From Tetramitus jugosus (lineage: Eukaryota; Protista; Heterolobosea), in NCBI GenBank assembly GCA_937625935.1, contig OW569371.1, positions 310,001-374,000 on the forward strand: DNA of 64,000 nt, given 5' to 3'. The stretch's first letter is position 1. Each line of letters opens with the position of its first letter. The translations under genes were made by a program, and so were the position numbers. Below the pieces are notes generated by a model, which saw only the letters and a list, made by a program, of their open reading frames with translations, was not told the DNA's origin and searched no databases. This document shows positions 54,018-62,773 of the stretch, piece after piece.

Positions 54018-55550
54018 ATGAATGACAATCAATACAAAATTCAACATGACCAACCACCACCACAACCACCACCACCACCACTCTATCATCAACCACTCAA
54101 ACAGCCACAACAACATCGACAATACAATATAATAGTGGACAGTCATGATCATCATGATGAACATGAGATGGAATCGTCATCATCAATTGCATGTACATCA
54201 TCATTGCCACATGCACTACCAACATCAACACTGCAGTCATCACCATCATCCATCTCTTCTCGTCATCCATGGTTATCGTTTACTCCCTCTCGACAAAAAC
54301 TGTGCATTCATCTCCTGTACATTGTCTTGTTCAGTTATCTAGGATTTGGTACTCGTTATGGATTGGCCATACTCTATGATACACTCTTTCCAACAACAAC
54401 AACAACAACAACAACATCATCACTGCTCTCTCTCTTCTTGTTCAGAGATGTGTTTGCCAATGTATTTGGATGTTTCATCATGGGTGTATTGGCCGAATTC
54501 AACACCAATGCCATCTTTTCACCAACTAATGATGATCGATACCATCAACTGTTATCTGTTGGATTAATGACTGGTTACTGTGGATGCACAACTACATTTT
54601 CCATGTGGCAATACACGAGTCTATTTCCTCTCATTTCTCCTACTACTACTACTACTAATACTACTATGACTGGGCAACAAAGAATTCATTGGAAATCATT
54701 GGATCAATTCTTCATGAGACAATTGTTTGGATTGTGTGTCTGTCTGTGTGCACTCTCCGTGGGTCATGATGCAGGAAAGGTCATTGCACCACACTATCTC
54801 CGTCTATTCAATCGAATTCATCATCATCATCATTATCATCACAACACGGTGAATGAACCATCTACCACTGAGACATCATCATTAACCAACATGGCAACAA
54901 CAACAACAACGGAAACCATTATGAAGAATCATAAGCAAAAACAAGTGGATACAGTAGAAGAAGAAGAAGCAGAAGTAGGTGTCACATCAACCACACAACA
55001 ATCTCAAAACATGATCATGTATCGCATCATACTACCCTCTGTCATTGTACTGTGTTTGGCTGCCACAATTGTCTTTATTGTTCTCCTGTGCTTGAACAAT
55101 ATTTCAATCGAAGTCAAGGTCATGTCTGCTGCGTTTCTGTGGAGTCCAATCGGTTGTGCACTTCGTTATGCTCTGGGATTGCTCAACACGAGACTACAAC
55201 CCAAATTCCCATTGTTTACACTGTGTGCCAACTGGGTGGGAACATTGTTGGTTGGTGTTTGTCTGTTGTTGTTGTTGATACTGGAGAAGCCTGTACATGG
55301 ATCAACAGCAGCAGCAGATAATAGTAATAATAACTCAACAACAACAACAACAACAACACAAGTGTTTGTTCATGTGCTCTTGTTGAGTGTTGCCAAGGGA
55401 TTCTGTGGTTGCTTGACCACTGTTTCTTCGCTGGTGGAGGAGTTGAGAACAAAGTTGAGCAGTAGTGTACTGTGGCGCTATGTATATTTTGTGTTGACGT
55501 TTACACTGCCTTGGATCACTGTTTTGCTTCTCTCTCTTGTGATTCTGTGA
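54018..55550 (+). CDS. FEX1: Fluoride exporter with two Fluc/CrcB domains
   Basis: GFGTRY / ANVFGCFIMG / GYCGCTTTFS and GCALRY / ANWVGT / GFCGCLTTVSS, with a linker TM helix. Confidence 0.93.
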   Translation: MNDNQYKIQHDQPPPQPPPPPLYHQPLKQPQQHRQYNIIVDSHDHHDEHEMESSSSIACTSSLPHALPTSTLQSSPSSISSRHPWLSFTPSRQKLCIHLLYIVLFSYLGFGTRYGLAILYDTLFPTTTTTTTTSSLLSLFLFRDVFANVFGCFIMGVLAEFNTNAIFSPTNDDRYHQLLSVGLMTGYCGCTTTFSMWQYTSLFPLISPTTTTTNTTMTGQQRIHWKSLDQFFMRQLFGLCVCLCALSVGHDAGKVIAPHYLRLFNRIHHHHHYHHNTVNEPSTTETSSLTNMATTTTTETIMKNHKQKQVDTVEEEEAEVGVTSTTQQSQNMIMYRIILPSVIVLCLAATIVFIVLLCLNNISIEVKVMSAAFLWSPIGCALRYALGLLNTRLQPKFPLFTLCANWVGTLLVGVCLLLLLILEKPVHGSTAAADNSNNNSTTTTTTTQVFVHVLLLSVAKGFCGCLTTVSSLVEELRTKLSSSVLWRYVYFVLTFTLPWITVLLLSLVIL

Positions 55551-55869
55551 TCACCATGCACCAGACAGCAATCAATAAATGACAAGAACACATTACAAGG
55601 TCGATATTAAAGTGTCACCAGATTTCTCTGGAAGCCACTAAACGATGTTTTACTCGCTCCTCTGACGGAAGAGATGACAAAAAGGTCACACAGCAACATA
55701 AGACTGATTATTGTCTGTATTGGTAGATGTTTTTGTGGTTTTGGGAAATTTTTTGTATTGGAACTTCGGCAGTTGGATGAAGTGAGAAAAAACCGTAGTG
55801 GAGGGTTTATCCGTTTGGGTTTCAAACATTCAACAAACGGACCAACTGAACACCAATTCAATTGTAGTA

Positions 55870-56727
55870 ATGGAGAAAGGAGAACTTGGTAACAATGAAA
55901 TTCCATTCATGGTTGCTCAATATATTGAGCACTATCGACACACGTTTGGCCTCAATGACGAGAGCTTTGAAGTTAGATTCCTCAAACAATTGCTAAAAAG
56001 CGATGAAGATCTGGCTCTGATAGAAAAGGGTAACATTGACTCGTTGTTAGGAGATATCAATGCATTAACATTGAGGGTCCGAGACTCAGAAAATACACAC
56101 ATAGTGGTAGCAAAGGTTTTTGTAGATCGAATAAGGGATCAAGGGACTAACGTCTACAGAAGTCTTCAACAACAATTGGTAAAGAATGACAAGTGTCAGA
56201 AGAAAGAGAAAGGAAATCAAGCCCATTTCCAACATCAAATGCCAACGAAGAAGGAGGATAAGCCTCAAGTTGTTCATCAAGAACCACAACCCTCAAAACT
56301 GAAGCAAATGTTCGAAACAGTTCTTGACTTTATTCTCGCACCACTCGAGCTATTGATGGGAAAAGTGCATGTATACTGCAATGACGAGAAGGGTTACCTC
56401 ATCTCAGGCAAAATTTACTGTAAGGGCCTCGGTTTTACTACGATGACCGAGTTTGGCCTGTGGGCTTACGAAAGCGCAGAGTCTAGGCTTCAGGAAAGTG
56501 AGTACAAACAGATACGATGCGTTTGTGGAGAGGTAAATGAGTCATACACCACAATTAGAGCCGAGGTTAACAAAAAGAACAAATTCAGAGGGCATGTATC
56601 TCTGAGAGGCATTGAAAATTATTTGCTGTCCAAGGAGGAATGGTTGAGACAATCAAAGAAACAGGCCAAAAAGAATCGTACTTTCAAGGTTGGAGGGATT
56701 CCTTTGTTGCCAAAAGAGGAGACCTAA
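55870..56727 (+). CDS. Hypothetical protein with possible RAMA-like domain
   Basis: 285-aa ORF; GKVHVYC..GYLISGKIYCKGLGFTTMTEFG..YKQIR resembles RAMA. Confidence 0.55.
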   Translation: MEKGELGNNEIPFMVAQYIEHYRHTFGLNDESFEVRFLKQLLKSDEDLALIEKGNIDSLLGDINALTLRVRDSENTHIVVAKVFVDRIRDQGTNVYRSLQQQLVKNDKCQKKEKGNQAHFQHQMPTKKEDKPQVVHQEPQPSKLKQMFETVLDFILAPLELLMGKVHVYCNDEKGYLISGKIYCKGLGFTTMTEFGLWAYESAESRLQESEYKQIRCVCGEVNESYTTIRAEVNKKNKFRGHVSLRGIENYLLSKEEWLRQSKKQAKKNRTFKVGGIPLLPKEET

Positions 56728-56790
56728 CTTGCACTCCAACCTGTTTGTAAATACGCTGTCGCGAATAAAAGGCCCATCGGACTTTTTCTC

Positions 56791-56803
56791 TTTTGGCGCA
56801 AAA
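56791..56803 (+). promoter_or_regulatory. E2F-like site TTTTGGCGCAAAA upstream of the NASP-like gene
   Basis: TTTGGCGC about 135 bp upstream of the ATG, with a second ATTGGCGG at about 56814. Confidence 0.5.
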
Positions 56804-56936
56804 TTTGTGAAAAATTGGCGGTTTCATTTTTTCACGAGACATTTGTGAGGAAAAAGGAGGAGATTCTCAAAACCGATCGGAACAACAACCTGTGCAAGCC
56901 CTCACACATCCTTCCACACATACAAACCACCACACA

Positions 56937-58403
56937 ATGAACAAGGAAACCATGGACTATCTCCTGTCGGATGACACTAGCAAAGTGCAATCCAATCAAC
57001 CACAAACCACCACCACACCAGAAACAGAGCAACAACAACAACAGGAAACAAAAGAGTCAAATGAAGAATCGAGTGAACAAGAGGACTCTGACAACGAACA
57101 ACAAGAAGATGATGATGATGAAGAAGTGGAATTGATTGAAAACATTCCAGAGGCACTGTCTGCTGCTCAACACATTGTAGATCAAGTCAGTGTCAACTTG
57201 GAAGAGTTCAAGAAGGACAATATTGATTTTGTGACGAGTCAAACAAGAGCCATTGAGATTTTGAATGGTGCACTGGACATTTATGAAAGAGTGTTGGATC
57301 AGACTGTTGGATCAGATGAAGACGAAGATGAAGAAGAGAATGCTGGAGAGAATGATGATGAAGCAGCTGATGAAAAACAAAGGGAAGCTCTGAAACAAAG
57401 AAGAGCAGCACGAGAGTCTATTGAAACAGCCAAAATTGCATTTGATTATTCCACTGCTCTGGTCATGAAGTTAAAGATGGAGAATTCCATTGCCATGTTT
57501 GGAGCTGTGATGAAAGTGTTGGCACAGCAACAGCCAGCCGATCAAACAGGCACTGGTAACGATGATTCTGCCGCTTCATCCACTGCTGCTACTTCTTCTG
57601 CTACGGCAACAGCAGCATCCTCCTCGTCATCATCATCATCCAGAAAGATTTTTGCATTTAATGATGATAGTGACGAAGATGAGGAACAAGAGGAAGCAGA
57701 GGAAAATGATGACGAAGCGGCCAATAATCACGAAGAGGAAGAAGACACGAGTGCTATGGCACTTTCAATGGTCGAAATGGCAAAATCCATTCTCAATAAC
57801 AAAATGTACGATGATGAAACATCAGAGAGTGAGAAGCAACTGTGCTATACATTGCTATCAAAGATTCATTGCAATGCAGCTGACATCTTTTTAGAGCACG
57901 ACGCATTCGATATGGCAATTAATGAAGCAGAGCAGGCACTAGGTCTCTATGATGACATTGATATGGATCAATCTGTTGAGGACATTGAAGCAGTGAGTCG
58001 CTTAGTTGAACACATGAAGCAGAAGGCAGTCATCCATAACAAGATTGCATCTTCTGTTCTGTTCAAGGATGGCGCCGATATTGACATGGCAATTGAGCAT
58101 TATGAAGAAGCAGAGTCACTGTTGATCAAGTGTGTTGAGAAGATGAAACAAGTGAATGGTATGAATCAAGAAGCAATTCAGGACACTGAATTTACCCTCG
58201 AAGAACTCCAAGTGCGCATTCAAGAGTTGAAACAATCAGAGGAGGAGAGGAAAGCACTCGAAGAACAGTCCAAGCTGGCTGAAACCAAGGGACAGGAGAA
58301 TAGCAACAAACCTGTTCATGTTCTCGTGCCTAAGCGGAAGAGAACTGCAAGCGAAGAGGATGTTGCCACCACTGAAGCAAATAAGAAGCAAAAGTTGGCA
58401 TAA
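56937..58403 (+). CDS. NASP: NASP/Sim3/Hif1-like SHNi-TPR histone chaperone
   Basis: TPR-like helices interrupted by a long acidic tract, and a C-terminal LVPKRKR..KKQK NLS. Confidence 0.7.
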   Translation: MNKETMDYLLSDDTSKVQSNQPQTTTTPETEQQQQQETKESNEESSEQEDSDNEQQEDDDDEEVELIENIPEALSAAQHIVDQVSVNLEEFKKDNIDFVTSQTRAIEILNGALDIYERVLDQTVGSDEDEDEEENAGENDDEAADEKQREALKQRRAARESIETAKIAFDYSTALVMKLKMENSIAMFGAVMKVLAQQQPADQTGTGNDDSAASSTAATSSATATAASSSSSSSSRKIFAFNDDSDEDEEQEEAEENDDEAANNHEEEEDTSAMALSMVEMAKSILNNKMYDDETSESEKQLCYTLLSKIHCNAADIFLEHDAFDMAINEAEQALGLYDDIDMDQSVEDIEAVSRLVEHMKQKAVIHNKIASSVLFKDGADIDMAIEHYEEAESLLIKCVEKMKQVNGMNQEAIQDTEFTLEELQVRIQELKQSEEERKALEEQSKLAETKGQENSNKPVHVLVPKRKRTASEEDVATTEANKKQKLA

Positions 58404-58511
58404 AGAACATTTCTCCTTGTAAAAAAATGGAATACATTGAAACTTCATCAAATAATCAGCAACATACAAAAGTTATTTTGTAAAAAAAACAAAAACAACC
58501 TGGCGATCAAC

Positions 58512-60476
58512 ATGTCAAGCAACGGATGTGACTCCCTCGATCATCGTCAACACAAGGATAGGCGCTCTCTCAATCTCATTGATCGATTGTTTGGCTATCA
58601 CCGTGAACCACATCGCAACCTCATTTTCCAACGAAATTTGCCCACATCGTTCTCTGTGGATGACTATCTGATGCAGTCACTCATGGAATGCATTCCTAGT
58701 GCGAAGAAAACCGGTTCTTCAAATCCCAAAAAGAAGAATAAGAAACACCAAGCACCAAAATTGACAAAGCTAGAGGGTCCTGCATATGTTTTACAATATG
58801 AACTGAAAGGCAAGAAATTGTCTCACATACAGCATGGTCCTTCCAGTGACACATTGTCAAACAGTCGACAACCAACAAGATCATTGTCATGCACTCGAAT
58901 CCTCAACTCTCAAATCATGGGATCCTTCCTCTTCTGCAATAATCTGTCCACAGTGTACAAGTTGGAAGGTGGGTTCTCATTGGATCGACCCGTCTTTTGC
59001 TTGTCTATTCCCAGTGATGTGGTACCGGCAGTGAGAAACAGAAAGAATTCATTGGTTCATGTCTGTCCACTGTCTAGTGGTGTTCATCTGCTTAAAACAA
59101 CAACTATGAACATGGATTCAAATACAAACGGCATGAGTGAGTTTATTGACAACGACGAGAATGTAAGCAGGAAGAACGGGACAGGAAATACTTATTACGA
59201 ATCGTCTTATTGCATGAATTTGATGGCAATTACGAAATCTAATCATCTCATTCATTATGTGATTGATGAGACGAGTTTTGTGGTGAATATGAAGTCTGTA
59301 CTTGACATTCATTCGATATCCTATGATGATGGTCGTACCAACAACAATACGAACAATGATAATGAGTACCTGTATGGTGTTCCGTCTGCTTCCCTGTTCT
59401 GGGAGGATTTCAATCGGTGTTTAGTGATGGTGAGTGGTCGTCGAAAAGCTGATCATTCCTATCAATTGATAATGATGCAGTTCGTGCGAGATCAGGGAGA
59501 AGATCATCGGTTGAACATGCCTCGATTAAGTCTCATGTGCAAATTTAATGTTGTTCCTTCCGTTCATCTCAATATGACTGGATCTCAGGTCGGAGGTATA
59601 GTGATTGAACAGGGTATGCTCAAGGTTTGTTGTCACCGGTGGAGTCATTTCTATGATTTGAATCATTTGATTCGGGAAGTACTCCCTAAGAAGAGTGATA
59701 GCAATAACGGAGCAATATTGACAAACATAGATTTTAAGCACTTGTACTCTGTTGCTACACACGATGGATTCTTCATGTTTAATGCAACATTTTCAAAGTT
59801 TATAACACGACAGAAGAGATCTAAGTTCTCTAAGGACAAGAATAGTAGAATTCTATTCTCATTGATGGACTTGGAAAGCCTTTCCACTCCAAAGCAAACC
59901 GCAGAATCGATAGAGAAGTTGTCAATGTCATCTTTTTCGTTGGTTGTCGATCCTGTGTTCGATGAGGAGGACAAAGGACCATATATGAACTTTATTGATA
60001 CCCAATCGACCATTATTTCCAGAACTCCGTTTCTCATTGACTTGTACGGAGTCAAGCACAATGGCAATTCTGGACGTGAGACAAAATCTAACTCAACACT
60101 CGAAACAATTTGTCAATTCTCTGCTCAGCAGATCAATGGCTCAGGGCAGCGAATCGACAGCGGACGACCCCAGAGAGCAAGCTCACGCAACGTCAACTAT
60201 CTTGAACAAGCGGATTTGACTCACATAGTTGATTGGATAATAGTGGAGGAGACGAAAACATTATTCGTGCTTTTGTCAATTGGATGTGTGATTGTGATTG
60301 ACTACCCTAGGAATCATGTGCGCTTCATGTTTCAGGTTGAAGAGTGGGATGATGAGGGGAACTACCGCTATTCGATCGACTATTACCATGGAGACATTTT
60401 AGTAACTAGAGCGGGGATCGAGAAAGCTTCTACGGAGGTGTACAACTACACCTTACAAACTACTTTCTCGAATTAA
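58512..60476 (+). CDS. DCAF17: DCAF17-like CRL4 substrate receptor
   Basis: Collinear blocks: TKSNHL, LFWED..LVMVS, IEQGMLKV..FYDL, SGRPQR, VEEWD..Y. Confidence 0.6.
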   Translation: MSSNGCDSLDHRQHKDRRSLNLIDRLFGYHREPHRNLIFQRNLPTSFSVDDYLMQSLMECIPSAKKTGSSNPKKKNKKHQAPKLTKLEGPAYVLQYELKGKKLSHIQHGPSSDTLSNSRQPTRSLSCTRILNSQIMGSFLFCNNLSTVYKLEGGFSLDRPVFCLSIPSDVVPAVRNRKNSLVHVCPLSSGVHLLKTTTMNMDSNTNGMSEFIDNDENVSRKNGTGNTYYESSYCMNLMAITKSNHLIHYVIDETSFVVNMKSVLDIHSISYDDGRTNNNTNNDNEYLYGVPSASLFWEDFNRCLVMVSGRRKADHSYQLIMMQFVRDQGEDHRLNMPRLSLMCKFNVVPSVHLNMTGSQVGGIVIEQGMLKVCCHRWSHFYDLNHLIREVLPKKSDSNNGAILTNIDFKHLYSVATHDGFFMFNATFSKFITRQKRSKFSKDKNSRILFSLMDLESLSTPKQTAESIEKLSMSSFSLVVDPVFDEEDKGPYMNFIDTQSTIISRTPFLIDLYGVKHNGNSGRETKSNSTLETICQFSAQQINGSGQRIDSGRPQRASSRNVNYLEQADLTHIVDWIIVEETKTLFVLLSIGCVIVIDYPRNHVRFMFQVEEWDDEGNYRYSIDYYHGDILVTRAGIEKASTEVYNYTLQTTFSN

Positions 60477-60811
60477 TGAATCATAGATCAGTTGGGAGAG
60501 CGGACGACAAACACAGGGACAACAGGACCAGAGAAAGAAAACTGAAATCTGGATTCATTGTCAAGAGAGAATAAAACTCCTCATGTTTGTACTAGTTCAA
60601 AGACAGGGACCCACCAAAATTGGGGCTGCTGATTAGAAGAAGCGAACTTGTACTTCCCCCGCCATTTGTTGCAACGAATAGAATGAGAAAGTTACTATAA
60701 TATCCTCTTATCTGTTCTGGGCTCAGTGATCTTCTTTTGTTTGTTTCGAGGGTTGTCGGAATTTTGTTGTGTTTGCTGGGAACAAGTGAACTGGAACAGG
60801 GACAAAACGAA

Positions 60812-62692
60812 ATGAAGAGAAAGAGCACCCACCAAATCTTCTCTGGCGAGACTGAAACGCCCATGAGAAAGAAGACGCTCGGATTCAATGAAGCACTGCA
60901 TGAGAATAAGTTGTCCTTGGATTGCATACCAAGTGAAGTATGGTACAACATTATGGTCTTTTGCAACTACAAGGATGCCACAATCATGTCTTCTGCCATT
61001 CCTTGTGTGTTCAGATTCACAGAACAGTTCAATAAGTCTTCTCTGGATCAGAGGCGATGCTCTATTCTGGAGTCAGATCGCGTCGGTGATCCTTCCATTT
61101 ACCAGGAGTATACAAGCAAGTTTGGTGCATATGCAATGGATATCAAAGATATACTTGGATGGAGCAATGAAATGTCTTCTTCAATGATTGAATATTCCAT
61201 TAGTTCAGTGCACAAAGAACTGGGGATTGCAACTCCGATTGTCAGAGAACTATTGGACTCTGGTTTGTTTGCCATGGCTGGTGGTTTTGTGCTGAAATGC
61301 TTTGTATCGTTCATCAATGGCAAATTAGACCAATGTGGTCTTTCTGAGGTGGATCAATCATTTCTATCTGGTATGATTGAATTCTGCTTATCCTACGGAC
61401 AATGGAATAGTGATTGTGATTTATTCTCCATTGGAGATCACAGCATCAAGGATGTGTGTTCGGTACTCAAAAACGCTTTCGGACGCCACCAGAGCTCAAT
61501 CTTTGATCACTTAAAAGAGAAAAACAATGTCAATATTGCACAAGTGTTGGAGGAGATACCCACACCTGCTGAATATGGAATGTTTACTTGCAACCGTAGC
61601 ACAATTAACTATAATAGTATTTCTCCAAAGTTTATCCAGGAGTATAGAAATTCGGATAGCACTTTACCTGGACGTGCTATAGGGCTTGCAGAACCGCTTC
61701 AGATCATCTACAAGAACTGTGCAAGCATGGATCACTTACTCGCCTTTTTTGATCTGGATTCCTGCAAGATATCAATCATGAATAATAGAATCTATGTTAC
61801 GAGAGATTTTGTGCGATGCATGTACAGTAAATACAACATCATATCCCCTCTTGAGAAGCTGACCACTCGCGTGTACAAGTATGCAAGTAGGGGCATTAAA
61901 ACACTAAGACATGTTGTACATCCATTAATGTACAACATGTTTAAGGAAGACCTTCATTCTCATATCAAATACATTGAATATGAAGCAGAAGAATTCAAGA
62001 AGAGTAAGTTGTTCGTAGATGACTACAGCAACTACCACTTACGGGACAAAGGCACTATTCTTTCTCCAAGCGGTCATTTTTGGTTTACATTTGATCTTGA
62101 TGAATTTGTGTTAATGTCAAAGGATCACAAACCAACAAGCCTTCCTATACTTCATTCAAGAATACTGAAAGAAAAATTAGATAACAGCAGTAAGCCTGAC
62201 TTCAGAAAGCTTCTCAAGCATAGACAAGAACTATTCTCCCGTGAGATTTTCGAGTTGGATACGATGTTTTATAACTCTAAAAAACCTCCGGTTGATCCTG
62301 AAATTTTGAGACATATTCTGGGCACTGGTGGTGGAGAAGATCACGACGTAGCCATAGAAACAGTATTCCAGAAGGGAGAGAATGACTCTGTTGGAGTGTA
62401 CTATTCAAAGAACATTAATACTTTGATCAGAGATGCCAGGATTGAGGAGAGTGACAATGAACAAGACAATACTCTCGCACGCAGAAATGCATATCACAGA
62501 GCTCAATTCTCGATAGAAATGTGCTCTGTGTGTCACCAATACTGCCAATTAAGCAACTATAATGTCATGATTCCAACGACATGTGATCTCATGCAGTGCT
62601 ACTTGTCAACAATTGAAACAGCATTCAAAAATTCGGTCATGTTTCGCCCCAAACAGAAAACGTGCTACAAGTGCAAAACACAGCAGCGATGA
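60812..62692 (+). CDS. F-box-like motif plus Pol-beta-superfamily nucleotidyltransferase-like domain
   Basis: LDCIPSEVWYNIMVF; MAGGFV..SDCDLF..LQII..LLAFFDLDSCK..RVYKYASRG; C-terminal CxxC..CxxC. Confidence 0.65.
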   Translation: MKRKSTHQIFSGETETPMRKKTLGFNEALHENKLSLDCIPSEVWYNIMVFCNYKDATIMSSAIPCVFRFTEQFNKSSLDQRRCSILESDRVGDPSIYQEYTSKFGAYAMDIKDILGWSNEMSSSMIEYSISSVHKELGIATPIVRELLDSGLFAMAGGFVLKCFVSFINGKLDQCGLSEVDQSFLSGMIEFCLSYGQWNSDCDLFSIGDHSIKDVCSVLKNAFGRHQSSIFDHLKEKNNVNIAQVLEEIPTPAEYGMFTCNRSTINYNSISPKFIQEYRNSDSTLPGRAIGLAEPLQIIYKNCASMDHLLAFFDLDSCKISIMNNRIYVTRDFVRCMYSKYNIISPLEKLTTRVYKYASRGIKTLRHVVHPLMYNMFKEDLHSHIKYIEYEAEEFKKSKLFVDDYSNYHLRDKGTILSPSGHFWFTFDLDEFVLMSKDHKPTSLPILHSRILKEKLDNSSKPDFRKLLKHRQELFSREIFELDTMFYNSKKPPVDPEILRHILGTGGGEDHDVAIETVFQKGENDSVGVYYSKNINTLIRDARIEESDNEQDNTLARRNAYHRAQFSIEMCSVCHQYCQLSNYNVMIPTTCDLMQCYLSTIETAFKNSVMFRPKQKTCYKCKTQQR

Positions 62693-62715
62693 ACTGGACT
62701 TAAGTCTGACAGACC

Positions 62716-62725
62716 TTTTCCCGCG
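62716..62725 (+). promoter_or_regulatory. E2F-like site TTTTCCCGCG upstream of CDC6
   Basis: Canonical TTTCCCGC about 50 bp upstream of the ATG of a classic E2F target. Confidence 0.55.
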
Positions 62726-62773
62726 TTTCTTCGGGCGTTGTTGTTTTGCAAAACAAAAAAGTTCAAAAGAAAA

